NCBI GenBank assembly: GCA_002269645.1
Contig: NIVC01001341.1
Location: 62,001 to 126,000 of the forward strand
Length of the DNA: 64,000 nt
From: Macrostomum lignano
Lineage: Eukaryota
Direction of reading: 5' to 3'
The translations under genes were made by a program, and so were the position numbers. Position 1 is the stretch's first letter. Each line of letters opens with the position of its first letter. The notes under the pieces were generated by a model, which did no database searches, was not told the DNA's origin, and worked only from the letters and a program-made list of their open reading frames with translations. Below are positions 1 through 33,950 of the stretch, piece by piece.

Positions 1-1100
1 AACTGGTAAATGTGGCGCCAAAAACTGTAGAATCCAACTGGTAAATGTGGCGCCACAAACTGTAGAATCCAACTGATAAATATGGCGCCACAAACTGTAG
101 AATCCAACTGGTAAATATGACGCCACAAACTTTAGAATCCAACTGATAAATGTGGCGCCACAAACTGTAGAATCCAACTGATAAATGTGGCGCCACAAAC
201 TGTAGAATCCAAGTAGTAAATGTGGCGCCACACACTGTAGAATCCAACTGGTAAATGTGGCGCCACAAACTGTAGAATCCAACTGATAAATGTGGCGCCA
301 CAAACTGTAGAGTCCAACAGGTAAATATGGCGCCACAAACTGTAGAATCCAACTGGTAAATATGGCGCCACAAAGTGTAGAATCCAACTGGTAAATGTGG
401 CGCAACAAACTGTAGAATCCAAGTAGTAAATGTGGCGCCACACACTGTAGAATCCAACTGGTAAATGTGGCGCCAAAAACTGTAGAATCCAACTGGTAAA
501 TGTGGCGCCACAAACTGTAGAATCCAACTGATAAATATGGCGCCACAAACTGTAGAATCCAACTGATAAATATGGCGCCACAAACTTTAGAATCCAACTG
601 ATAAATGTGGCGACACAAACTGTAGAATCCAACTGGTAAATATGGCGCCACAACCTTTAGAATCCAACTGATAAATGTGGCGCCACAAACTTTAGAATCC
701 AACTGATAAATGTGGCGCCACAAACTGTAGAATCCAAGTAGTAAATGTGGCGCCACACACTGTAGAATCCAACTGGTAAATGTGGCGCCACAAACTGTAG
801 AATCCAACTGATAAATGTGGCGCCACAAACTGTAGAATCCAACTGATAAATGTGGCGCCACAAACTGTAGAATCCAACTGATAAATGTGGCGCCACAAAC
901 TGTAGAATCCCACTGGTAAATATGGCGCCACAAACTGTATAATCCAACTGGTAAATATGGCGCCACAAACTGTATAATCCAACTGGTAAATAAGGCGCCA
1001 CAAACTGTAGAATCCAACTAGTAAATGTTGCGCCACACACTGTAGAATCCAACTGATAAATGTGGCGCCAAAAATTGTAGAATTCAACTGGTAAATATGG
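1..1100. repeat. 35-bp tandem minisatellite (about 31 copies, runs off window start)
   Basis: Unit aactggtaaatgtggcgccacaaactgtagaatcc repeated with point variants; explains ORFs 132-1103. Confidence 0.97.
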
Positions 1101-1408
1101 CAAAACTAAACAAACTTACTCTCTAACTAAAGTGCAAATTTCGACAGCCAAATGCAGATCAAATTTTGCCATGCATGTAAGAAGGAATTCGAATCCTAGA
1201 TGCAGCAGATGTCAGTTTAGAGTTCGTTGGCGACGCTTGCTAAAAATTCCCAACCCATTTTCGCCATTTTGCAATAATGTCGCCTGATTCCAGTTTATTT
1301 TCGATTTTTCAGCTAGAAACTTGAGCTGGGTCAGCTGGGTTATCGTGACTGCCAGTCATTTCGTACTTATGTACTGACTTGCCTAGCAATGTATCGTTTG
1401 AGTCTGGC

Positions 1409-1992
<584 letters not shown>

Positions 1993-2743
1993 CAAGGTTC
2001 TGCAGAACATTCTACCTGCATTTGCAGCAGCTAATATATTTCACTCTCTAACCCGCATCCAACAGGCTGTGAGGCTGTCAAACGCTCTGCTCTGCAGAGG
2101 CAATCCAGTTTCATCTAGCTGTCTTGTTAGAAAAGCAACCAGCTGTAAGTAAAGAAACTGCTTGAGCACAATTAAGCTCTGGAGAATGAAGTGTGGGAGA
2201 GTTAGTGCTGCTGCTACAGAGCAGTTTATCTAGATACGGGAGTCATCTCGCCCATTAGTGCTGAAGTGAGCAATGCTTCATCACCTTTCTCCCCACCTCC
2301 CCCGCATAGACAGTTGAGCAAACAGTTGAGCAAAGCTCAACGTATTTTTGAAAACCCGTCACCACTTGGCATTATCTGGCCACACAATCTATTAAATAGC
2401 TCTGAGTCAGTCAGTCTTTATCGCCAGGTGGCGACTGCTACCCTCCCACTGTACTCAAGGAGGCCCGCTCAACGCTGTATCTGGAGTGAGCAACTCATTC
2501 AAAATCTCTGGCGGATCCAGGTGGGGGAGTGGTCAAGGGGGAGTCCCTGCCTCAAAGGTGTCCTTGCCTCAAACCCTGCCCCTGTGGCGCCTCAGGTGTT
2601 ATTCATTCATTCTCTTACTTCACCTTTCATCTTGGCTGTCAATTCACACTATAGTTATGAACAGTCAGTGTGCAAGTTTAAACTGGATATAAATATAGGC
2701 TTGAGAATAAGCCCCTGAGAAGGTACGGATCCAGCACTTCTGC

Positions 2744-3331
2744 ATGGCTCACCAACCAGGCACTGACCGAGTCACTACAAACGGGACCTACGGTAGTTTT
2801 TATACAAGCTCTACTCAATTAAACAAAAACCAGTTTTGGACTGACAGCAACATTCGGTTATTGCGTTCTTCATCATCTGAATCAGCTTCTCAACTACCAT
2901 CTCTGAGACTCATTGAAGACCATCTGTGGGATTTCGATGACTATTATCATAGTCCCGGCAGTGTTGCCGCGTCGTGCAGTCAAACGCGATTGAATAGCGA
3001 AGATTTGCCCTCGGCTCAGTGGCCGGAAAATGTTCACAGTTTCGGCTACGGCTACAGAAACTTGAATGAAGACGATTCGGTCCCGAGGCACTACACGGAT
3101 CTGACTACACCTGTTGACCTGGATATCGGCAGTTCCCAATCGACTCGAACGCTTCCAAATTTACCGTTTGTCTCGTCGGCTGGAATCGCTTCCAACGGTG
3201 GGACGTCGTCGAGACCTCTGCTTGCCGGCTCCGACTTGCTGTTGCGGCCTTTTGTGACTAAGCATAAGCCGTTGGGTACGAGTGGTGCAGTTTGTGCCGA
3301 GTGGCGCTGGCGGGCTGGCCGCTTCGAGTGA
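2744..3331 (+). CDS. Possible exon or ORF of an unknown gene (195 aa, non-repetitive)
   Basis: Open non-repetitive frame ending where a minisatellite begins. No recognised domain and no convincing splice partner. Confidence 0.25.
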   Translation: MAHQPGTDRVTTNGTYGSFYTSSTQLNKNQFWTDSNIRLLRSSSSESASQLPSLRLIEDHLWDFDDYYHSPGSVAASCSQTRLNSEDLPSAQWPENVHSFGYGYRNLNEDDSVPRHYTDLTTPVDLDIGSSQSTRTLPNLPFVSSAGIASNGGTSSRPLLAGSDLLLRPFVTKHKPLGTSGAVCAEWRWRAGRFE

Positions 3332-3332
3332 C

Positions 3333-4435
3333 CGGGTGACAGGGTGACAGGGTGACAGGGTGACAGGATGACAGTGTGACAGGTTGACAGGGTGACAGGA
3401 TGACAGGATGACAGGGTGACAGTGTGACAGGGTGACAGCATGACAGTTTGACAGTGTGACAGTGTGACAGGGTGATAGGGTCAGACAGGGTGACAGTATG
3501 ACAGTGTGACAGGGGGACAGTATGACAGTGTGACAGGGTGACAGTATGACAGAGTGACAAGGTGACAGCATGACAGGGTGACAGTGTGATAGTGTGACAT
3601 TGTGACAGGGTGATAGAGTGACAGTGTGATAGGGTCAGACAGGGTGATAGGGTCAGACAGTGTGATAGGGTGAGACAGTGTGATAGGGTCAGACAGGGTG
3701 ATAGGGTCAGACAGGGTGATAGGGTCAGACAGGGTGATAGGGTCAGACAGGGTGATAGGGTCAGACAGGGTGATAGGGTCAGACAAAGTGATAGGGTCAG
3801 ACAGGGTGATAGAGTGACAGGGTGACAGGGTGACAGAGGGCAGCTAGTATGACAGGGTGACAGGTTGACAGGGTGACAGGATGACAGGATGACAGGGTGA
3901 CAGTGTGACAGGGTGACAGCATGACAGTTTGACAGTGTGACAGTGTGACAGGGTGATAGGGTCAGACAGGGTGACAGTATGACAGTGTGACAGGGGGACA
4001 GTATGACAGTGTGACAGGGTGACAGTATGACAGAGTGACAAGGTGACAGCATGACAGGGTGACAGTGTGATAGTGTGACATTGTGACAGGGTGATAGAGT
4101 GACAGTGTGATAGGGTCAGACAGGGTGATAGGGTCAGACAGTGTGATAGGGTGAGACAGTGTGATAGGGTCAGACAGGGTGATAGGGTCAGACAGGGTGA
4201 TAGGGTCAGACAGGGTGATAGGGTCAGACAGGGTGATAGGGTCAGACAGGGTGATAGGGTCAGACAAAGTGATAGGGTCAGACAGGGTGATAGAGTGACA
4301 GGGTGACAGGGTGACAGAGGGCAGCTAGTATGACAGGGTGACAGGGTGACAGAGGGCAGCTAGTATGACAGGGTGACAGGGTGACAGAGGGCAGCTAGTA
4401 TGACAGGGTGAAAGGGTGACAGGGTGACAGGGTCA
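3333..4435. repeat. Complex gggtgaca/gtgtgaca (8-9 bp) and gggtgatagggtcagaca (18 bp) minisatellite with a 481-bp higher-order duplication
   Basis: Identical ORF translations at 3481-3786 and 3962-4267 (offset 481). Confidence 0.95.
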
Positions 4436-4601
4436 CCCTTAAACAATGCTTACACACCCTTGCTGAAGCTAAACATTTCATCTAGCAAAAACAAAAAGCT
4501 ATACATTTCATCGCAAAACAGAGTAGTCAGTACAAAAAATTCATTTATATATTTAGATCAAAAGCCCACCAATTATCGCACACAATAACCGTGAAAGCAT
4601 T

Positions 4602-4603
<2 letters not shown>

Positions 4604-4667
<64 letters not shown>
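4604..4667. repeat. (GA)n microsatellite
   Basis: Direct reading. Confidence 0.98.
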
Positions 4668-4671
<4 letters not shown>

Positions 4672-5032
4672 TTTACTAAAATTTGCATGACGGCTGCTTT
4701 TCATGATGAAAGCCAAAATGCTTGGTTTTACCAGCTGCCTGAATCGATCCATGCGTTGAGGCTGACAATCGATCCTACGTAAAAGAAGTGATAAATTCTG
4801 TACATTTTTTTCAAGTTTTCCTCTGCTGCATTTCCTGAGAGCAAGGTTGGTTTCTCGCTAGAATGAAACCTGCCATTTAAATGTACCAGCGTAGAATAAC
4901 ATCGCAGAGATTTCCTGTTTTTTTATTTTGAGCTGTCAATAAACTTGTGTTTTTTGCTATTTGGTTTCGGGTCTGTAATGATTGATGTTTAGATGCTTTT
5001 TTATTGCTGCTAAAATCAAAATGACAAAAATC

Positions 5033-5475
5033 CGGGTGGGTGCCCCTGTCTCTTAGTGGGCGCCCCTGTCTCTTAGTGGGCGCCCCTGTCTCTTAGTGGG
5101 CGCCCCTGTCTCTTAGTGGGCGCCCCTGTCTCTTAGTGGGCGCCCCTGTCTCTTAGTGGGCGCCCCTGTCTTTTAGTGGGCGCCCCTGTCTCTTAGTGGG
5201 CGCCCCTGTCTCTTAGTGAGCGCCCCTGTCTCTTAGTGAGCGCCCCTGTCTCTTAGTGAGCGCCCCTGTCTCTTAGTGAGCGCCCCTGTCTCTTAGTGGG
5301 CGCCCCTGTCTCTTGATGACGCCCCCTGCCTCTTAATTGGCGCCCCTGTCTCTTGGCTGGCGCCCCTGTCTCTTGGCTGGCGCCCCTGTCTCTTGGCTGG
5401 CGCCCCTGTCTCTTGGCTGGCGCCCCTGTCTCTTGGCTGGCGCCCCTGTCTCTTGATTGGCGCCCCTGTCTCTTG
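5033..5475. repeat. 20-bp minisatellite gcgcccctgtctcttagtgg
   Basis: About 22 copies; same family recurs at 46175-46372. Confidence 0.96.
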
Positions 5476-5960
5476 TCTCTTGGCAAAAGTGGAGCTTCTG
5501 TCATTCTTCGAGCTTATCTGCCTCTTGCTTTTTTGCACCCCCAGCGTGCGCCATCATCAATCATGTCAACCTATGATCAACAGTGTATTTCTTTTCTGAG
5601 GACAACCTGTCCTTCTGTCTTCACCACTCCTATTGAAGGACTGATGCATGTAGACTGGCAGCCCTGCGAGGATATTCCAATATCTTATTATCCAAATTAA
5701 CTAAAGTGAATATCATGAATTGAAACCCCACAGTCAATGGCGACTTTTCTAGACGCATTAAAAAGACCTCTAGCCAAAATCTATTGAATTTAAAGACAAT
5801 CAATTTTACATTGAAGCACCTGGAAAGCGCTGCAAGTGAGCTGAAACCTCTGCTGAGCTCTTTTTAAACAGCTGCTGTTGGTGACTGATGAAGTCCAAAT
5901 TTGTGCGTAACTGGCCTTGCCTTACAGAGCCCATTTCAGTCTTTCGTTCACTACCGGTCC

Positions 5961-7005
<1,045 letters not shown>

Positions 7006-8049
7006 GGTCTCTCCTGTAAAACTGAACTATTTTTAAAACAATCACTGGATTGAATTTTGTGAGCAGGTTGTTCGAGCCAGCGAAAGAAGAGAAAACAGAA
7101 TTCATAGTTTCGTGTTTCACCTCTTCTGCCTCCAGCTTACCCCCAGAAGCAGAAGCAGTACAGACAACAAAAGGTAGAATTTACCGAAGTACCTTTCCTT
7201 TCTTTTTAAACAAAGCTTCAACACACACACAGAGCATTCTTTTTACCTATTGAGTTCAGGTGCAGAGGAAAGCAACGGTTTGGAACAGAAGAAGACTCCA
7301 CCCACCTGTACAGCAGATTCAGTGCTCACAATGACGGGGGTGGAGAGTCAGCAGCACCAGCAGCAACAGAAGCTGGCTCTAGAGAAGGAAATTTGCAGAG
7401 AAAAATTCTAATCTATATAAATTGTCAACTCTAACATGATCTGATCTCTGGTAGAAATATGAAAACAGAAAAAGAATGGAATCCTTTTCTAATTATATAG
7501 TCAGGCTATGTACACTCGATCCGTGCCTTGGGGGCTGGACGTCACGGCTATGAATCGCCTGAAACCCATAATGGACGACATACAGGGTCCATGAAACAAG
7601 ACAAAGTATCTGGATTGGAAACCATGGCAAACCATTTTACCATTTTAGTGTCGTGCATTTGGGAAGTAAAAAAAAACTTGGGAAATTTGAAAAACGAAAC
7701 AAAATGAGGAAAAGTGAAAATATAGATTTCGACTAGCTGTTCCAGACTTCTAATTTTAGAGCTCCCCTGCTTTAGGTCTTACGGCAACTGTCCTCTCCAC
7801 ATTTCGGGAGAGGACATTGCTCCCCTGTATTGCCAGCCTCCATAGCGGCTTCTGGTTGGCCCGGGTTGGACACGAGTCAGGAAGGCCTCCAATGAAAATT
7901 GACCGACTGAGGGATACCTGAGCCTGTAAAATGCTCCCCTCCATAGCTTTATAGGAGAAAATGTTTTTCATTTTCTGGGGGATTTCTCTAGCTTCCTAGG
8001 AGTTAGCTTACTTAACTGGAAAATCGAGTTCAAGCCTCAGCAGTTGTAA

Positions 8050-27448
<19,399 letters not shown>

Positions 27449-27589
27449 AACATTTTTTGTTTTTACTGATCTGTTGTTATAAAAATCCTTTACGAAATTT
27501 GACTGGCTTTGCATGCATAGCCAGGTATTTTATGTGTGTGACTGGAGCAGCGGAGCAGCGCTTACGCTTGGGGGGTTGTCGTGGGATCC

Positions 27590-27700
27590 ACACCTATTAG
27601 GGTCAACCCCCAAGGCACAGAGGGTGCACATGACGATTAGAAAGTCGCGGCAGCTGTACACCCTGTGTGAGCGTGTGCATGATTGCACGCCTGCGTAGTT
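27590..27700 (+). mobile_element. Diverged SINE family A body fragment in probable nAChR 3' UTR
   Basis: caacccccaaggcacag...ctgtacaccctgtgtgagcgtgtg matches the family body. Confidence 0.6.
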
Positions 27701-28129
27701 ATTATTACACTATTATTATTATTATTATTATTATAATTATTGTGTGGTATTACAACACATTTTTATTCATGTTTACCACGTACAAGTACACAAGGTATTA
27801 TAAACTTAATCTTTCTCTTTTCTTCTACACGTAGATGTTACACTTCTGCAGTAGTAGCTACTGACTAAAATTCTTGAATTATTTCTCGCTTGAATCTTTT
27901 TTAGTCAGTTTCGTGTAAAAAAATCTATCCGTTGTTAATCTTCGCAACCATAAGTTGTGTACTACATTCTCTGCACGTTTACGAAATGTTACTTAAATTG
28001 ATTGATTGATTGACTTAAGTTAATTATAACAAAGACAATTGAATTGGGTGTAATACCCACAGTTTAAGCACATTCTTTGATAACAGTTTATCAATGTTTC
28101 AATAATAATCAGTTATATAGCTTTTAGCA

Positions 28130-28600
28130 TTCTTTACTTTGTCATTGATGTAGGCGCGTCCTGGGCCCCCACTAATTTTTGCGCACCCTCCCTTCTTTCC
28201 CTGCGATACCTGCGTCTCTGTGATTCCTGTGATGACTCATGCTTATCGCCCATCTCACTCCCCTGCGCACCCAGCCCTCCTTGGTGCAAGTCAGTGATGA
28301 GGCAGTCCGTTAGAGTTGCTGTGCGGGCCTGCATGGCCGCGACGCAATTGCTCGGTCGGCTGGTGCAGCATGGCCAGGGCCAGAGACGATCGCATCGGGG
28401 TTCATCACCAGGGTGCCGAGGTACCGGAAGTCCTCAAACAGCGCGATGCGGTCTCCATTGGGCAGTGTGAGAGTTGGGGCGGCATTCATGCCCACGGTAT
28501 CAGCGCCTCCGTCTTGCGAGCATTCACCAGCAGCCTAACACAGGCGTCGCAGAGCCATGTGAAAGCGCACTGGGCAGCAGCGTGTGTTCATGCGTGTGAC
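28130..28600 (-). pseudogene. Degraded non-LTR retrotransposon (LINE, RTE-like) reverse transcriptase fragment
   Basis: Minus-strand pieces in shifted frames: LLVNARKTEAL (cf. GLxxNxxKT), EDFRYLGTLV (FxYLG), LITDLHQGGLG. Confidence 0.7.
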
Positions 28601-30909
28601 AGTTTTATGGCCCCCTAGCTTATCTCCCCAAGCTTTCCCCTGCCTGTTACGTAATCCCCCATCATAAATCATTTTTCTCCACTGCGCCTCACCCGAATTT
28701 CTCGTCCAATCACAGCGTGGCTGACGGTTGACGTCGTCAGGTTTGCTTGGTAACGGAGGTCAAGAACAAGTCACGGCCTTCAATATCACGTTTCACGCTC
28801 ACATGATAGCATGACACGTGATCACAGGGCTATAAATAAAAGACTGTTTTAGGCCCTGAGCGGCACCCCGCTCAACTTTCTGTTTCCGCGTTGCCCTCCC
28901 CCTTTCCACGTTTCCGCGTTTAACCAATTCCGTGCTCTGAAAAAACATTAATATGGCGTTCTCTTTATCTATTATCCACCATTCGAATCCTGGGGCTTAA
29001 GAGGAAATTTTAGTCTGGAACCGCGCTCACCAGCTAAAAGAAGCCCATGTATGCAAAAGTCCTCTAGTTTCTAGCGCTGACTAGACTGTCCTAATTGTAT
29101 GTCTCGCATAGAGTCTCTTAATCGGCCATTTCTGGTACAGTTGGAGTCAAGAACCTTCGTCTTTTACAGACCGGAAGTCCCGTCTCGTTAGTGGGAGTAC
29201 TCCTGCACAGGTGACAGCATGCAGTGGCGACCGCGCTTCTAGCCGGGCGTGTACTTTCAAACAACTACATGTATGTAGCTCGGCTCGCTGTCTAGATAAT
29301 GGGATCTTGGACACAACGTCAGCTACCGCACAGAGGCGGAGGAAATCTATGGGACAGGACCCGGTGGCTGTACTTTTCAGGGCCAGAGACCAGGGGTTTG
29401 CACAGGTGTTTTCATGCAGTCCGGGTTACATGTACATGCATGGATACACGCGACTTTAGTCAAAAACATATACGTGACTGCATGATCATAAGCTTTTAGA
29501 ACTATTTTTAAACTGTTCCCAGTGAAAAAAATGATATGGATTCCATGTGGATTTTTCATATGAAATCCATATGTGCATTTGTCTCCGTCCATCCATGTGG
29601 AATCAAGATATGGATTCCACATGGAAGATCCATATGGAAGTAATTATGTATTTCACATAGAATCCACATTGTCATTGAATAAGCAGCCATTATACTGGTT
29701 GCCATAATAAATTGTTGCATCCTAAATCTCAAAATAATACCAGATCTCAAAATTTCATACGAACCCCAGATCTCAATACCATATAAAAGAAACTGAAACA
29801 CAGATAAAACACTAGCTATAGCCAAAAATATTTCTGCACAAAAATTCAAAATTCAAAATTCAATATTCAAAAACGATGTAAGGTGTATTTATGTACAGTA
29901 GTGAGTCACTGGCACACAAAGAATAAACACACTGATGTAAATATTGATATCTTTAGAGTTGCACTGCGCATATGATATAATATATAATTTGAAATTGACA
30001 TTGTCAATAGCATTAATTAACAATAATATAATGCATCAGAATTAGAACAGTCAGAAACATGCTGCTGCCAATTGCCAGAATGCTGCTTCTTCAGGTCAGG
30101 TGAGCAACCTTAGAAAAGAAAGGGGTTAAATTACAGAATTTTATAACAGATTGATGACAGATTTTGTAATAGATTTTGATAGATTTTGATGACAGAAAAA
30201 AATAAGTTTATAACTAAAACTTACCATTGCTTCACAAAAGGTAGCATTTGAGATATTAAATTCAAATTCCAAGTAGCTTTGCAAGCTTCTTCAAATGCAA
30301 GACCAAGGTGACATCCAAGTTTGAGGATGGGTCATGTAATGTTAGGCTGAAATGAAATAGAAAAATAATTGTTGCCAATTAAGATTGATAAATAATATTG
30401 ATATAATTCATAAAACTAATTTAATGATGAATACTTATAAAATAAAATAAAGTTTATTTTAAAATTAACTAGGCCTAAGTCCTAGGTTTATTTTTTAAGC
30501 GCAAAGTGTGCATATGCACCCTAAATTTTAAAATTGCACCTTGAAAATTGAAATTAAAAAGTTGATGATACAGTTTAGGTGTGATCTCATTACCTATTTT
30601 TCTGTTGAAGCCTTTTTTGCACTGCCTTTATATAAGAAAAAAGAGAAACTGCATTTTAAGCCTTAAAATCATAAAACCCTAAAAGTGAGCATAGGGTATG
30701 ATTTTGCACCTTGTCTCTAGCAAAAAAGAAAACCCTACCCAAGTCAATCAATAAAATAAAATTAATAAAATTAAAATAATAAGTACAAAAAATTAATTTA
30801 TGTTTCTATAAATTTAATTTTTTATTTTAAAATTGATTTTAGACTATAAAGTATTTAGGCAAAGCAATGCATGTTTTTTTTATATTTGCGGGCCTATTAT
30901 GATTAAAAG

Positions 30910-31574
30910 GGGGGCTGTAGCCAAGCGGTAGCACAGCTGCTCTGGTGTGCCAGCGACCTAGGCTCAATTCTAAGTGCAGTCACATTAATTTGGGGCTGAA
31001 TTGGAATCTTGGCTTGGCTCTCTGCTTGTGCAATTAATGGCCTTGAGACATACATGCGCAACCTCCAAATTTCGGTCGGCCATGCGACTTAGTTTTAACA
31101 AAAATGCGACGTAGTTTTTGGCCAAAAATGCGACTTACATGTAAAAAAACCCGAAAGCAAAATTAACGCAACGTTGGGTAAACGGCAGGAGTAACTATGA
31201 CTGTCTTATAAAGCCAAAATGCCTCGTCAGCAACTTAGTACTACTACTCTGTGTTTTTTCGGGTTGGCATTTTTGCGACTTCCTTGGTTGGCCGCCAAAT
31301 CGGTCGGCCGGATCGGCCGACTCGGCCGACTGTTGCGCATTTATGCCTTGAGAGCCAACCCCCAAGGCACAGTGAAGTATACATGCCTAACAGTAAATAA
31401 AGTTAGGGCCACTGTACACTCCTATGTAAATGTGCCTGCATACGTATCCGCACGCTTGTGTGCCTGCTCAAGGGAGTTAATGGAATGGGCAGCAATGCCT
31501 CTCGCCAGTTGTATGCCTATGTCGCTTAACGTGTGCCAGGGTGCACACAACCCCCTGCCTCTAATAAAAAAAAT
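30910..31574 (+). mobile_element. Full-length tRNA-derived SINE family A interrupted by a MITE
   Basis: Head GGGGCTGTAGCCAAGCGG (A box), GGCTCAATTC (B-box-like), family body, tail ctaataaaaaaaa. Confidence 0.85.
31049..31345. mobile_element. 297-bp MITE with 14-bp TIR and 8-bp TSD (hAT- or P-type)
   Basis: catacatgcgcaac ... gttgcgcatttatg (13/14 match); TSD ccttgaga at 31041-31048 and 31346-31353; removing it restores the SINE consensus. Confidence 0.88.
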
Positions 31575-32685
31575 AGTATGATTAAACATTAGGCCTAATC
31601 TTAAAAGCTATGCCCTATAGCTATTAAATTCTAGACTTGGCCTAAATCAGATCAAATTTACAATAATCATTATTTATTTATAATAGCAACCTTAGGGATC
31701 TGCTAGGCTAGCTATGCCAAAAACAGGTTGCAAGTGTAATTGCAAAGAATTATTTATAATGATTAATAATATTGTTTTTAAAAATGCAACAAGTCTAAAA
31801 GACGCTAACAGGCTTTTTTGAAGAAAATCATAAATGAATAGATTTTTAACAGATTAACTAGATTGACTAGTCACAATTCACAAAGTCAAGCTAGTCTTAA
31901 CCTTAATTAAAATAGAAGGACCTAAATTGATAGTTATAGGCCTAGGCCTAGCTTAAAATAGGCCTAATAAGCATACATAAATAGATAAGACTAATAGGTA
32001 GGACTAAGAGGAAATTATGAACTTCTAAAGGACTATTTAAGTTTAAAAAATGAGTAGCCAATCTATGGACATGGCCATGGGATTCCTAGAAATTGGATAA
32101 GCCTAAATAAATTTATCATGGATGGATTTTACCAAAAGTATTAGGCCTATCTATGATGAAATACTGATTTATCTAATTTCTAATCCCATGGAGGCCATGG
32201 CCTTATAAGTTATTGCCTATAGGCTACGTCTACTAAAATTTTTAAGGTGCTTAAATAGCCATAAACAAGGCAATTTATCTTTCAAGGCCTTGAACCAAGA
32301 CATTGACGAATATAAAATAAAATAAATTTAATTTTAAAAAGCACGAAACGTTTTTTATTGTTTACTTCTATTTTGTCTATTTTAACAAACAGTATCTTAT
32401 TTTCTGATTATAATTTAGCTTTAGGATATTAATTTTTACTTAAAAGCATATAAATATAATAATTAATTATAGTAATTTCATAAAAACGTCTTAATGTGGT
32501 GTATCACAGTTTTTTTATCGAAGTGGATTCCATGTTGAATCAATATACGCTTATTTCTTATGAATTCCTTGTAAAATCCACATCAACATTAGGACAGTAA
32601 AAATTAAAAAATAGTGCATAAAAAATACTTTGCATACCATTATGTCATCTTTAAGTCATTAATTTGCAAAAATTAAAGAAACATT

Positions 32686-33818
32686 TGTAGTGAGTCGCTA
32701 GTTTAGTTAGGCGCCGCACTAGTCAGCTGTTGCCCTCGCCTTCTCCCCAGGTTTCTGTCTGCCGCTGGGCAGTTGCCTGTCCCTCCCGCCTGTCCCTGGC
32801 CTGTCCTCTGCCCGTTTGTCTGTCTGTCTGTTTGTCCTCGTTTGCCCCTTTTGTCTCGCTTTCCCTTTTTGCAGTGCCCAGACAGCTTGGTCTGGCCTGC
32901 CTCTGTTTCGTTCTCTGTCAGGCATCTCCAAATTTGGAGTGCCTTCCTGTTTTCCGGTCCCACGGTCACGAGTGCCTTCACTTGTGGGCCTTTTCCCCTT
33001 GTCATGTGAGTCAGTCACATGACAAGGCCCTCTTCCTTCTTTAGTCCAAAGTGCAATGATTTCATCATTGTACGCTGGGCTCGTGTTTATGGGGAGATCA
33101 CGTGCGCCCGGACCCCCCCTTGCCTCCTCTGAGGCAGGGCCCGCTTGTTTGTTGCTAAAAATAGCAACAGAGTCACTTATGACTCTCAGCGGGGGCCTTT
33201 CGTGCTATGGTGCAATCGATCCTCCCTATAAATGCAGCCCCTCTCCTGGCTTGGCTCAGACAAGCCTTTCTTTCCTTCCGTTAACCGGCCCTTCCGTTTC
33301 AGCCTCTCGTTTCTGCGTTTTCAGCGTTCCTACCGTTCCTCGCGTTCCTAGCTTTCCAAGCTTTCCTAGCGTTCCTTCCGTTTCGTTTCTAGCGAACTCT
33401 AAGTTGTGTGCCAAGTTGACGCTTAAGTTGAACTCCAAGACTCCCGACTTTGCGCGTGACTGCCTCTGGCTCTGATTGTTCCTGCTATCAATTAGCAGGC
33501 CAGCTCGGATCGCCCGAAGCTAGCACTTTCGCTCTCACCCCGCACCAGCCCGGCAGGGACTGCTGACGGTGGGCACCTCTGCGCGAGAACTGCTAAATCT
33601 GCGCGAAGTGCGAGTCTCTTTCTCTCGTCTTAGTTATTTGCTTCTACGAGCTCAGCACCTCACCGAAGGCTGCGACTCTGCGAAGCTGGTGGCAGCACTA
33701 CCAACGCTACTAGATCAACCCGGAGACTTCCCAGAGGAGCTCAAGCAACTGTACTTCACCGGGGCAGCGTTCCTATTGAAGGCCTCTAGACAACCACAGG
33801 CAAGACACCTGTACTTCA
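32686..33818 (+). repeat. 5' LTR (1133 bp)
   Basis: Starts TGTAGTGAG, ends GTACTTCA; TATAAAT at 33227-33233. Confidence 0.97.
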
Positions 33819-33819
33819 T

Positions 33820-33841
33820 TGGTGGCAGCGGTGGGATTCGA
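33820..33841 (+). promoter_or_regulatory. Primer binding site complementary to tRNA-Leu 3' end
   Basis: TGGTGGCAGCGGTGGGATTCGA is the reverse complement of TCGAATCCCACCGCTGCCACCA, the 3' end of eukaryotic tRNA-Leu(AAG/TAG) as I recall it. Confidence 0.85.
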
Positions 33842-33950
33842 CGAGTCAACGACACGACTATCTGGTATTCGACAAGTCAAGATTCGACTACTACTACACC
33901 CAAGACAACCGCTCTTTCGAGTAAGAATTCGGCTATTCTACTAATTTGAA

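Noticed and set aside
1-1100. CRISPR-like regular array
   Set aside because: Head-to-tail tandem units with no unique spacers, eukaryotic context and no cas genes.
5545-5700. Possible terminal exon joined to ORF 2744-3331
   Set aside because: The acceptor is good but no convincing phase-0 donor was found; unsupported.
30910-30985. tRNA gene
   Set aside because: The tRNA-like head continues into a multi-copy SINE body and A-tail, and the cloverleaf is degenerate.
32703-33475. Several ORFs duplicated at 41449-42222
   Set aside because: Duplicated only because they lie in the LTRs; no coding signature.
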